This document shows, one piece after another, positions 50,887 through 59,141 of a DNA stretch of 64,000 nucleotides. The notes beneath the pieces were generated by a model. That model saw only the letters and a list, made by a program, of their open reading frames with translations, had not been told where the DNA came from and did not search any database. Origin of the DNA: a virus; the IMG/VR virus record IMGVR_UViG_3300047552_001072, positions 12,954 through 76,953 of that record. One strand, given 5' to 3'. The position numbers were made by a program, and so were the translations under genes. Positions within the stretch are counted from its first letter, which is position 1, and each line of letters begins with the position of its first letter.

Positions 50887-52917
50887 TTAATGATCCCAAA
50901 CAGTACAAGGTCCACCTGACACTTCCATAGGAATTCTTTTGCAGAATACTTTCCCTGCTTTAAGCATACAATCGGTTAAGACTTTGTCTATTCTTTCAAC
51001 TTCCTCGTCTTTTGCCATCACAACTATCTCATCATGTAGTACTAATATTATTTCTACCTTATCAAACAAATTATGTTCTAACAGATATTGATAAAATAGA
51101 ACTAATGCAATTTTAGTCATACTAGCTGACAATCCTTGAATACGATAATTTTGGCTTATTCTTTCCATAATCCCTTTTAAGGTATAGAAATCAGACCAAA
51201 TACTTCTATCAAGTTTAGCTTCTTTATTTATTCTTTGAATCTTCTTAAACTCTTCTATTTGCTTATTTAACTTAACAAATCTATCATATAATGGAAAATA
51301 ACTTCTTCTCCTAGTTACAGGATCAATAATTATAAAACCATTATCTTTAATAAATTTATGTCCATTTTTAAAGTAAGCTTCCAACATAGGAAAAGATTCA
51401 TAGTAATTGTCTATAATCTTTTGTGCCTCTTCTTCTGACACTTTTAACCCTTTAGCAATTTTATATGCTCCAGCACCATAAGATATGGCAAAATTAAGGG
51501 TTTTAGCATTTTGTCTAAGTCCAGTATTAGTTTTCTTATCTACATGTACATATTCTCCTCTAATACTTGAATAAACTTTTGATGCAGTTAATGAGTGAAG
51601 ATCCCCAGTACCATTAACGAATTCGTTAATCATAGAAGATTCATTACTCAACTCCGCCAATACTCTACTTTCTTGACCACTATAATCCTTAACAACTAGT
51701 TTATATCCTTCAGGTGCTTCAAAACAAGTTCTATGTGCTTGATAAGTAGGATGAAAATCCTTATCCTTATATGAAGGAATCTGTTGCACATTAGGTTTTG
51801 AACTTGAAGATCTACCAGTATTTAAGATTTGCCAAAATGAACTGTGTACCCTTCCTGTTACAGAATTAATATTATCTTTTAACCATTTATTACCAAAAGC
51901 TTTACTTGCTTTAGCATATTTTTGGTATTCTAAGAATATTGGAATTATTGGAAATTGTTTTGCATATTGCTCAAGTTCTGGACCACCAATGGTATCCTTA
52001 TAAAATTCCATTTCAATTCCATACTCTTCTTCTGCTTTCTTTGTTTTTTCTTTATCAATAATCTTAGTAGGGATACCAAGTTCACTAAAAACCTTAGCAA
52101 CTTCTTTTGGAGAAGTCCACTTAATTGTACATTTAGGTACTTGATTGAATAGATTTTGTGGTATATAATACTTAGAAAATTTGTTATCAATAATATATTG
52201 ATCTAATTGCTTAATTTTTTCTTGTGCAAATCTTTCATTAGCATCAGCAATTTCTTTCCATCTCTCTGTATTAACTGGCATACCAGTAAACTCCATCTCT
52301 CCCATTACTTTAACAACATTATTTTCTAGTCTTACAGCTACTAGAAGACCGTCTTTTTCAATAAGGTCTTGTTGAATGTCATTAATTAATTGAGGGTATA
52401 TAACATCCCCTGCACCATATTTGATATGACGCTCCTCAAACTTTTCTTTACCAATTCTAGTAAACTCTAGACGAACTTCTTTTGGGAGTTCTATATCTAG
52501 ATATTTCTTAGTTAAGTTAGCCAAAGAGAATCCAGAATGTTTAAGACCACAAGTAAGTACCATCTCTTGTATCATTACATCTACAAGATTTTGGATACGA
52601 ACTCCGTAAGTACCTAAAAACATTTTATATTCAAATTTTAGGTTAGCCCCTATTTTTTCAGTACTAGGGTCGGTTATAAGATGTAGTATAGGAGTGATAT
52701 CAAAATCTCTTACATCTATAATGTACTGTACATCTTTATTACCTACTTGAACCATTATAATCCTATCTTTATGAGGACATAGCCCAGTAGTCTCTGTATC
52801 TAAACAGAACTCTTTAGAATTCTTTAAAAATTCCTTAACCTCATCTAATGAAGCACTTGGTATATTAGGTATTTTATAACTACCTACAAATTTATAATTT
52901 AATTCCATGATCTTCAC
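50887..52917 (-). CDS. polA: Family A DNA polymerase with a 3'-5' exonuclease domain
   Basis: LDTETTGL, ANLKFE, YGAGD, TGRSSSSKPNVQQIP, motif A KDYSGQESR, DLH, motif B RQNAKTLNFAISYG, NYRIQG, motif C VLHDEI. Confidence 0.95.
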   Translation of the reverse strand: MKIMELNYKFVGSYKIPNIPSASLDEVKEFLKNSKEFCLDTETTGLCPHKDRIIMVQVGNKDVQYIIDVRDFDITPILHLITDPSTEKIGANLKFEYKMFLGTYGVRIQNLVDVMIQEMVLTCGLKHSGFSLANLTKKYLDIELPKEVRLEFTRIGKEKFEERHIKYGAGDVIYPQLINDIQQDLIEKDGLLVAVRLENNVVKVMGEMEFTGMPVNTERWKEIADANERFAQEKIKQLDQYIIDNKFSKYYIPQNLFNQVPKCTIKWTSPKEVAKVFSELGIPTKIIDKEKTKKAEEEYGIEMEFYKDTIGGPELEQYAKQFPIIPIFLEYQKYAKASKAFGNKWLKDNINSVTGRVHSSFWQILNTGRSSSSKPNVQQIPSYKDKDFHPTYQAHRTCFEAPEGYKLVVKDYSGQESRVLAELSNESSMINEFVNGTGDLHSLTASKVYSSIRGEYVHVDKKTNTGLRQNAKTLNFAISYGAGAYKIAKGLKVSEEEAQKIIDNYYESFPMLEAYFKNGHKFIKDNGFIIIDPVTRRRSYFPLYDRFVKLNKQIEEFKKIQRINKEAKLDRSIWSDFYTLKGIMERISQNYRIQGLSASMTKIALVLFYQYLLEHNLFDKVEIILVLHDEIVVMAKDEEVERIDKVLTDCMLKAGKVFCKRIPMEVSGGPCTVWDH

Positions 52918-53185
52918 ACATATCCTTGTACACTTGTAATTTATTATCTACTAAGTTATCAATAGTATTTTCAGTAGCTTTTTCTACATGCCACCTCATT
53001 TCTTCGAAAACTTCTTGTAGTAAATACTCTCGGTAATATTCTGTAAAATAAACCATAGCTTCTACAATTAAATTCTCTATTCCTGGACCAAAATCTGTTG
53101 CAGGATCAAAATCAATTTTATTACTTATATAATCTCTAAGATACTTTTTAGCAATTGCATGTGAATGCACGTTAACTTTACCCAT
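52892..53185 (-). CDS. Hypothetical protein (97 aa)
   Basis: Packed ORF. Confidence 0.6.
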   Translation of the reverse strand: MGKVNVHSHAIAKKYLRDYISNKIDFDPATDFGPGIENLIVEAMVYFTEYYREYLLQEVFEEMRWHVEKATENTIDNLVDNKLQVYKDMCEDHGIKL

Positions 53186-53246
53186 ATTTAAAATTCTGTT
53201 TGACTTGTATAAAAATCAATGTTTATCTTTCTTATAAAGTTCTTTA

Positions 53247-53648
53247 TTATAAATCTCCTCCCACTCTTCCTGATCCTTGCTCCACTTCGCCGTTAACTGA
53301 GGAAATATTCTTCTTAGCCACCCGCTTTTTAATATATGGAAGTATTTTCTTTTCGACTTCGATTTCTTTAACTTCTTTCCCATTTTTCAACTCTAATTGA
53401 TATTTACTAAATAGTTCTTCCTTAATATCCTGTTCTTTAGCTAAATATGCTAAATGTCTTAGACAGGCTACAATTCTATCATTTCTATAGAATGGATCTA
53501 ATTCAGTACCTACGATTTGATTAGCAATACAATTAGGTAATAAATTATATAAAATTTGCCCTTTTCTTAAATGTGAATTTCTTGGATCAGTTCTTATTTT
53601 CCTCCATTCTTTTTTAATTTCGTTTAATTGCTTTGTATTCATTACCAA
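53247..53648 (-). CDS. Hypothetical protein (133 aa)
   Basis: Contains LRKGQ.LYN.LP...DPFY, a pattern seen in small phage proteins. Confidence 0.6.
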   Translation of the reverse strand: MVMNTKQLNEIKKEWRKIRTDPRNSHLRKGQILYNLLPNCIANQIVGTELDPFYRNDRIVACLRHLAYLAKEQDIKEELFSKYQLELKNGKEVKEIEVEKKILPYIKKRVAKKNISSVNGEVEQGSGRVGGDL

Positions 53649-54118
53649 TCAATTTCAAAACCTATTACTCTGTTCTCTACTGCGTAATCAAAAATCTTAT
53701 CAATGATTTCATTAAGAGTTTTTTTGATTACAAAATCTTTATACCTTTTTCCTCTTGCAATTACAACTGTGTGTAAAAAGTTTTCACCTTTGTTAAATTC
53801 ATTGTATTTAAATCTTTGAATAACATCTAAGAAAGAATATCTTTCGTGACGATTACCGTCAATACCGTTAATTAAATCATCTGTTATTATAACATGTTTA
53901 TTCCAATTATACGGTGGAGGTCCGCTATTTTCTATTAGATTATACAGCTCTTGTTCCCAATCTTGAGCTACTCCAGTTAAAGTATCTTCATAATCGAATA
54001 GAGTATTCTCTTCTAATAGCTTTAGCTTTTGTACTTTACTAGTACTAGGGTCATTAAGAATAACTTCTATCCACTCTTCCTTTAAGGAATCAATTAATTC
54101 TTTGTAATTTTTGGTCAT
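53642..54118 (-). CDS. Hypothetical protein (158 aa)
   Basis: Packed ORF. Confidence 0.6.
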   Translation of the reverse strand: MTKNYKELIDSLKEEWIEVILNDPSTSKVQKLKLLEENTLFDYEDTLTGVAQDWEQELYNLIENSGPPPYNWNKHVIITDDLINGIDGNRHERYSFLDVIQRFKYNEFNKGENFLHTVVIARGKRYKDFVIKKTLNEIIDKIFDYAVENRVIGFEIDW

Positions 54119-54452
54119 TATACCATTTTATAAATTGTAACACAGCCTTATAAACTGCTTCTAACGTTGTATCTTCTATTGCTCCTGCAACCATTTCAGT
54201 TGTTTCGGTATCGTTAATATAACAATGATTTTTTCTAATAACTAAATCATACCTATCTATTTTATAGATTTTATCTACAACTAACATAAGTAGGTTCCAA
54301 TTCTCAAAGAATCTTAGATGTCCTAAAGGTACATTACCATAAGGACCTGTACGATACATATTAATACTTCTATCACTAGAGCGTAATATGTATGATTCTA
54401 ACTCTAAAAAATTTACAATTAATAGAGACTCCTCTGTTTGTTCTTTTGTCAT
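54090..54452 (-). CDS. Hypothetical protein (120 aa)
   Basis: Contains WNLLM.VVDKI...EAVYKAVLQFIKWYN, a pattern typical of small Bacteroidota-phage proteins. Confidence 0.6.
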   Translation of the reverse strand: MTKEQTEESLLIVNFLELESYILRSSDRSINMYRTGPYGNVPLGHLRFFENWNLLMLVVDKIYKIDRYDLVIRKNHCYINDTETTEMVAGAIEDTTLEAVYKAVLQFIKWYNDQKLQRIN

Positions 54453-54673
54453 CCTTTAAAATATTTATAAATTCCCCAAATACAAAACCCACAGTATATA
54501 GCAAACATAAGTGCCATATCATAAAATTCCCGACTGATATTTAATGACATCCAGAATGTATTAGTTCCTAGCCATATCCAATAACTACAATGTTTTATGT
54601 AAGGATCTTTATCCATATTGAAGTAATACCCTAAAACTGTGAGTACTACTATTATTGGTACAACATTATCCAT
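54449..54673 (-). CDS. Small 3-TM membrane protein, PnuC half-transporter-like
   Basis: LTVLGYYFN...YWIWLGTNTFW...ALMFAIY...IWGIYKY. Confidence 0.5.
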   Translation of the reverse strand: MDNVVPIIVVLTVLGYYFNMDKDPYIKHCSYWIWLGTNTFWMSLNISREFYDMALMFAIYCGFCIWGIYKYFKG

Positions 54674-54934
54674 TTATACCCAAGCCCTCCCATTATGTGA
54701 TAATACAATTACCTGACCTATACATCCTGATACTAGGTAAGTTAAAGTTAACCAACCATTTCCTTCTACTATTGATTTAATACCCAATGAAATAGACATT
54801 AACCAAGTGCTTGACAGAGCTAAATTAGAGATAACATTTTTTAGTATAGTCCCTGTCATTGTGTGTTGAATATTTAAAGTTCTAAATATAACAAATAAAA
54901 CTTGTGATATTAGAACTGTTATATGTTCAATCAT
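54674..54934 (-). CDS. Small 3-TM membrane protein (UPF0316/DUF5698-like)
   Basis: QVLFVIFRTLN...TWL.SI.LG...TYLVSGCIG. Confidence 0.5.
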   Translation of the reverse strand: MIEHITVLISQVLFVIFRTLNIQHTMTGTILKNVISNLALSSTWLMSISLGIKSIVEGNGWLTLTYLVSGCIGQVIVLSHNGRAWV

Positions 54935-54935
54935 A

Positions 54936-55127
54936 TTAATAGTGTGGTAAATAAACCTGTTCTTCTGTAGAAAGATTTGTTGCTATTACATACGTACCAT
55001 ATTCATATCCATCGAAACGATATACAATATCTTTATATAATATCAAATCTCCTTCTTTAATTTTATGCTCATCCTCAGGAAATTCTTTAATTTCAACTTC
55101 CTGATTATGTATAGTTATTATTCTCAT
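54936..55127 (-). CDS. Small hypothetical protein, paralog of 55129-55332
   Basis: ATG at 55127 (MRIIT...) is preferred; contains VEIKEFPED...EGDLI...YRFDGY. Confidence 0.6.
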   Translation of the reverse strand: MRIITIHNQEVEIKEFPEDEHKIKEGDLILYKDIVYRFDGYEYGTYVIATNLSTEEQVYLPHY

Positions 55128-55128
55128 T

Positions 55129-55332
55129 TTACCAAAATATTGTCTCTTCTTTTGTAACAAGATTTGATCCTACGGGAACAACTCCCATTTTACCTTTATC
55201 TTTATACCCTTCAAATTGATAGAGTTCTTCATCCTCTTCAAAGATAACTAAATCACCTACTTCAAGTGTATCCTTATCTGTAGGATACTCTTTTACTTCT
55301 ACGATATTATTAAAATACCATATTTTTCTCAT
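55129..55332 (-). CDS. Small hypothetical protein, paralog of 54936-55127
   Basis: MRKI...VEVKEYPTD...VGDLV...YQFEGY. Confidence 0.6.
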   Translation of the reverse strand: MRKIWYFNNIVEVKEYPTDKDTLEVGDLVIFEEDEELYQFEGYKDKGKMGVVPVGSNLVTKEETIFW

Positions 55333-55598
55333 TATTCTACTATTAGAGTATCACCTATTCTATAACGTAAATCGCAATCAATAAGATATAAATAACCATA
55401 ACCATAACATGATTCGATTAATACTTGATGGCAATTTTTATTGCCGTCTAATACATCTATATTAGTCACAACTAATTTACCTTTACTCGGAAAAATTTCA
55501 TATTTTGTAAGATTAAAAATAATAAAAAATATGAAAAGAACTACAGATAGGAATAAAAACAAATAATATTTAGTGTCATACATCTTTAAATCTTCCAA
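55332..55598 (-). CDS. Small membrane-anchored protein (88 aa)
   Basis: N-terminal TM YYLFLFLSVVLFIFFIIF; C-terminal YRIGDTL. Confidence 0.55.
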   Translation of the reverse strand: MEDLKMYDTKYYLFLFLSVVLFIFFIIFNLTKYEIFPSKGKLVVTNIDVLDGNKNCHQVLIESCYGYGYLYLIDCDLRYRIGDTLIVE

Positions 55599-55810
55599 TT
55601 TTCGTATCTTAATTGATACGTTAAGTCTTCCTCATCTTTCAATTGTATCTTTTGAGAGAATTGTTCTCCGTTAAGATACATAATCTCTTTTGTCTGTGGA
55701 ATCCACACCATTTTGTGCCATTTATCATCAATTAAAGCCACAATAAGCGATCTTGAGTTGGGCAGTGGATGTTGGAGTCGATTTCTTATGTTAACTGCGT
55801 TATAACCCAT
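55586..55810 (-). CDS. Hypothetical protein (74 aa)
   Basis: Packed ORF. Confidence 0.55.
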   Translation of the reverse strand: MGYNAVNIRNRLQHPLPNSRSLIVALIDDKWHKMVWIPQTKEIMYLNGEQFSQKIQLKDEEDLTYQLRYENWKI

Positions 55811-56206
55811 TTAAAAGCATTCTATACCATTAATAGTAATAAAAGAATCTACTAAGAAGCTAGGCAAGCTTTTGTCTCTGTGCTGTACAATTGAGTACCA
55901 ACCAGAAGGAACATTACCAATACGATAAGGATAGGCTATCTCCTTAACTATTTCTGAATCAATAGTAAGTTTATACCCAGTACCTTTTTCTGTTAGTTCC
56001 TTTATCTTTAATCTTGCTCTACGAGGCGCCCATACCTCTTGTTTGTTTGAGGGCATTTCTTTACGAATAAAGGTTTGCTCGGTGTTAGGTTCATCAACAA
56101 ATTCGATAAACTGAGCCTTTCCAAGCAAACCTATTTCATTCATAATATCTTCATATAAGGGTATGAGAGACCCTTGTACTGGAAGATTACTTGATTTAAA
56201 AGTCAA
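55811..56206 (-). CDS. Hypothetical protein (131 aa)
   Basis: Packed ORF. Confidence 0.6.
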   Translation of the reverse strand: MTFKSSNLPVQGSLIPLYEDIMNEIGLLGKAQFIEFVDEPNTEQTFIRKEMPSNKQEVWAPRRARLKIKELTEKGTGYKLTIDSEIVKEIAYPYRIGNVPSGWYSIVQHRDKSLPSFLVDSFITINGIECF

Positions 56207-56417
56207 TTTTCATTAGTTCAAATTTAACTAATCTACTCTTTTCTTTACTTCTGGATATGCGGGCAACTAATTGTCCATTATCTATCCAATATCCATCAAT
56301 ACTTTCAGAAGCTATCATTGCTTCAGATCCTTTAAGTTGGTTCTTTACAAGAGTTTCTAAAAGATCTTCAAAATCTGTATATTTTCTATGTTCGCTTAAT
56401 TCTTCACTCATCTTCAA
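56196..56417 (-). CDS. Hypothetical protein (73 aa)
   Basis: Packed ORF. Confidence 0.55.
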   Translation of the reverse strand: MKMSEELSEHRKYTDFEDLLETLVKNQLKGSEAMIASESIDGYWIDNGQLVARISRSKEKSRLVKFELMKIDF

Positions 56418-56766
56418 AAATATCTAAATTCTCTCTTATAAAGTCTACATCAAGTACTCCTGATGTTTCTCCCCATCTTACTATTTCTGATCTTTGATCA
56501 TCTCCGAACATTCTTCTAAGAAATTCAAATTCTTCTTGACTAATATTAGGTCTTTGATCTAGAATATCTCCAAGATACTCTTCTTTATTTTTGTACTCTA
56601 TATCTTGATTAGTGCCTATTCCTATTGTTAAAGGAAATTCGACATCTTTCAAAAGTACGTTAATCTCTTCTACAGTTCTTTCAAAGACACCATCAGTCAT
56701 TGCAATGAATCCATATGTATCCATTTCATCTGCCCAATTCCCTTGTATTTGGATTAATCTTGGCAT
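56404..56766 (-). CDS. Acidic hypothetical protein (120 aa)
   Basis: NWADEMD.YGF...IGTNQ.IEY pattern. Confidence 0.6.
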   Translation of the reverse strand: MPRLIQIQGNWADEMDTYGFIAMTDGVFERTVEEINVLLKDVEFPLTIGIGTNQDIEYKNKEEYLGDILDQRPNISQEEFEFLRRMFGDDQRSEIVRWGETSGVLDVDFIRENLDIFEDE

Positions 56767-56768
56767 TT

Positions 56769-56966
56769 TTAGTTTTTATCTACTGTAACATCTTTGCCAC
56801 AGTTAGGACAAACAATGTAGTAAGTTAAAGTATTATGTTCTGCTCCTTTACGAGATAATGTAAGTACAAGTTTAGGTTCATCTTCTCTATAACCTATAAC
56901 TGCACCACAATACTCATGTTTTACTTCTTTTTCTTTACTTGTATCAATGCTTATTAATCTTGGCAT
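56769..56966 (-). CDS. Small zinc-ribbon protein (65 aa)
   Basis: HEYCG...IVCPNCG. Confidence 0.6.
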   Translation of the reverse strand: MPRLISIDTSKEKEVKHEYCGAVIGYREDEPKLVLTLSRKGAEHNTLTYYIVCPNCGKDVTVDKN

Positions 56967-57181
56967 AAATTAGAGTCAAATTTAAAAGGTAAATCTTTAT
57001 TATAGCGTACTATTAACTTTTCCGTTCTTATTTCTGAACTAAAAGGCAAAATAGAAGAAAAATCAAATTCCTTTTCAACTAATATTACCAATTCAATACC
57101 GAATATGGTACTCGGTTTATCTTTAATTAACTCTTTAAGAGTCTCAAATAATTCTGGATAATTATCCTTTGTAATAGTCAT
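56954..57181 (-). CDS. Hypothetical protein (75 aa)
   Basis: Packed ORF. Confidence 0.5.
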   Translation of the reverse strand: MTITKDNYPELFETLKELIKDKPSTIFGIELVILVEKEFDFSSILPFSSEIRTEKLIVRYNKDLPFKFDSNLCQD

Positions 57182-57196
57182 AACTATAAAAATTTT

Positions 57197-57562
57197 TTAT
57201 TTTTTATACCCGATATAAGCTAAAAATGCATCGGAAGGTTTAACCTTATGCTTTAAAACATAATGTTCCGCAAAATCACCAGGCCATCTAAATTCATCAG
57301 AAAAATACTCCTCACAACCTAAGAAAGATCTATCTATTCTTGAATGAGATAATCCTCTATATACTAGCCTAGTTACACTTTCATCTTCTTCCTTTAGTTT
57401 TATAAGTCTATAAATCTCTTTAGCTTCTTCTTCAGTAATCTGATTTGGAATAGGCATAGGAAATTGTGTTTGATACTTAGACCACCAAAAACCTTCCTTT
57501 GGAATATTTTCCTGTCTTTCTCTTTCCTTAATTAATTTTTCTTCTATTTCTTTAAAATCCAT
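57197..57562 (-). CDS. Hypothetical protein (121 aa) resembling a conserved phage family
   Basis: EGFW...P.P...YRGLSHSRI...G..EY...WP...HYV..H.V.P. Confidence 0.6.
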   Translation of the reverse strand: MDFKEIEEKLIKERERQENIPKEGFWWSKYQTQFPMPIPNQITEEEAKEIYRLIKLKEEDESVTRLVYRGLSHSRIDRSFLGCEEYFSDEFRWPGDFAEHYVLKHKVKPSDAFLAYIGYKK

Positions 57563-57565
57563 AGA

Positions 57566-58168
57566 TTAAATATTTTTAAGTCTATAAAACTCATGTCTAC
57601 CAGTCCAAGCAATATTTTTTCTATCAAATATACCTCTAGGATTGTTTAAATTCCAAGAGATAGGATGAGATTCAAAAGCTTGAACATCGTGTGTAATAGC
57701 CTCATCTATGTGTGCTGGAATAGATCCAAAGAAGACATCTAAAGCTCTTTGTACAAGCTCTACGTCCATTGGATTATCCCAAGAAAAAGTAAAACCTGGA
57801 ACACGCTGTCCTGAGAGAACACGTGATATTGTTTGAGAATTATTAATTCTCCTATTATAAAAGTATTCAGAGAATGTTACGCCTTCTTGGAGCATACGAT
57901 TTTTCATAACTTTCATAACGGCCCAATTATCATCATCTAAGTTTCCTGATTGAGTTTTTACATACTTAATAAATAACTCTAAATCTTGACGAGATTTAAA
58001 TAAATCCGAAGCTGCTACATACATAGTATCTTTCGGAATAACAATGGTATCAGGTTTAAATACCATTACTGGACAATCATTTACAAAATTAATTTGTGGT
58101 TGGTAAATGTATTTACCTGCAGAAAATGATAATAAACAAATTAAAATTGACCATAGTACATTTTTCAT
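57566..58168 (-). CDS. Exported SleB/Hydrolase_2-like cell-wall hydrolase homolog, catalytic Glu apparently replaced by Gln
   Basis: Signal/TM N-terminus; DLELFIKYVKTQSGN...AVMKVMKNR (SleB: LAR.I.AEA.GE...AVA.V..NR); C-terminal GRHEFY (SleB: G.H.FY). Confidence 0.55.
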   Translation of the reverse strand: MKNVLWSILICLLSFSAGKYIYQPQINFVNDCPVMVFKPDTIVIPKDTMYVAASDLFKSRQDLELFIKYVKTQSGNLDDDNWAVMKVMKNRMLQEGVTFSEYFYNRRINNSQTISRVLSGQRVPGFTFSWDNPMDVELVQRALDVFFGSIPAHIDEAITHDVQAFESHPISWNLNNPRGIFDRKNIAWTGRHEFYRLKNI

Positions 58169-58187
58169 ATAAGATTATTAAAAATTA

Positions 58188-59141
58188 TTAATTCTTTAAC
58201 GAAGTATCTTCAACTACTTGAAGCCAAGTTTCCTCAACTATAGAATTGAATTTATCTTTGTTAAAGTTTCCCTTCTTCTCAAAAGAATATTTTCTAGCAT
58301 TATAATAGGCTATCAAATTTGGATTTGAGATAATTTCGTAAAAATACGAAAAAGAAGGCTCTTTTTCCAATATGGAAATTAGGGTAGTTTTTTCAGCGTA
58401 CTGAATTAATTGTTGTAATATCAAAATCCAATTACGAATCTTATTGAAATTTGTGGAAGATTGATGCTTTCTAAACTCAATTGTAACACGATCTATTTTG
58501 GTTCTTACTGACCAATACTTTTTGGTTTCAACCTTTATTGCATTATCAAAAGAAAGATTTTTAATTGTATTACAGTTAACATTATTAAGCCTACTACTAG
58601 CTAAAATCAAGTCAAGAAATGGTTCAAATAATCTGTATGTTGTATAAACTTTTTTAAGCATTTCTTTATCCATTCCCTCAGTACCAAAATGAATATGTAA
58701 TCCACAAGTTTTATTTGTTTTAAACATGTTGTGTTTACCGTCCATTACTTCACCATCTCTAATAAGCTCTAATATCTTTTCCAAGGAGTCTAAGGATCTA
58801 AGGGGAGGAGATACAATCTCCATCCCTTTTTCACCATTTTGACCTTTAAACCCTTTAACTGTACCATCAGTTGTTAAAGTCCAATTATTAACTCCTGTCA
58901 ATGATTGTTCTTGCCAACTTCTAAATGAAATATCTACTCCATTTTGCTTTAAAGTATTTAAAAGAGAACTATACCCTAAAGTTGAATAACCCTCTAATTC
59001 TACTCCTACAGAGTATTTTAGTTTAGGATACCCAGATTTATTTACTTCTTCTTTTAAAGCTTTTGCAGAAATGTTTAATTGATTAGATATTTGTTCAAGG
59101 GTTAATCCTTTGAAAAGAAGGTTTTTAATCTTCTCTTTCAT
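58188..59141 (-). CDS. Second putative amidoligase (Amidoligase_2-like) with an N-terminal HTH
   Basis: GLTLEQISNQLNIS (HTH-like); SVGVELE, W..TTDGTV, MEIVSPPL, TCGLHIH, KYWSV, TIEFRKH. Confidence 0.88.
   Translation of the reverse strand: MKEKIKNLLFKGLTLEQISNQLNISAKALKEEVNKSGYPKLKYSVGVELEGYSTLGYSSLLNTLKQNGVDISFRSWQEQSLTGVNNWTLTTDGTVKGFKGQNGEKGMEIVSPPLRSLDSLEKILELIRDGEVMDGKHNMFKTNKTCGLHIHFGTEGMDKEMLKKVYTTYRLFEPFLDLILASSRLNNVNCNTIKNLSFDNAIKVETKKYWSVRTKIDRVTIEFRKHQSSTNFNKIRNWILILQQLIQYAEKTTLISILEKEPSFSYFYEIISNPNLIAYYNARKYSFEKKGNFNKDKFNSIVEETWLQVVEDTSLKN

Noticed and set aside
50556-50896. TTTTAATGATCC repeated before two consecutive gene starts
   Set aside because: It is a 12-nt AT-rich match, and one copy is the polymerase C-terminal coding sequence, so chance is plausible.
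47130-52917. Inteins or group I introns in the helicase and polymerase genes
   Set aside because: Motif spacing is continuous, and no Hint, LAGLIDADG or HNH signatures were seen.
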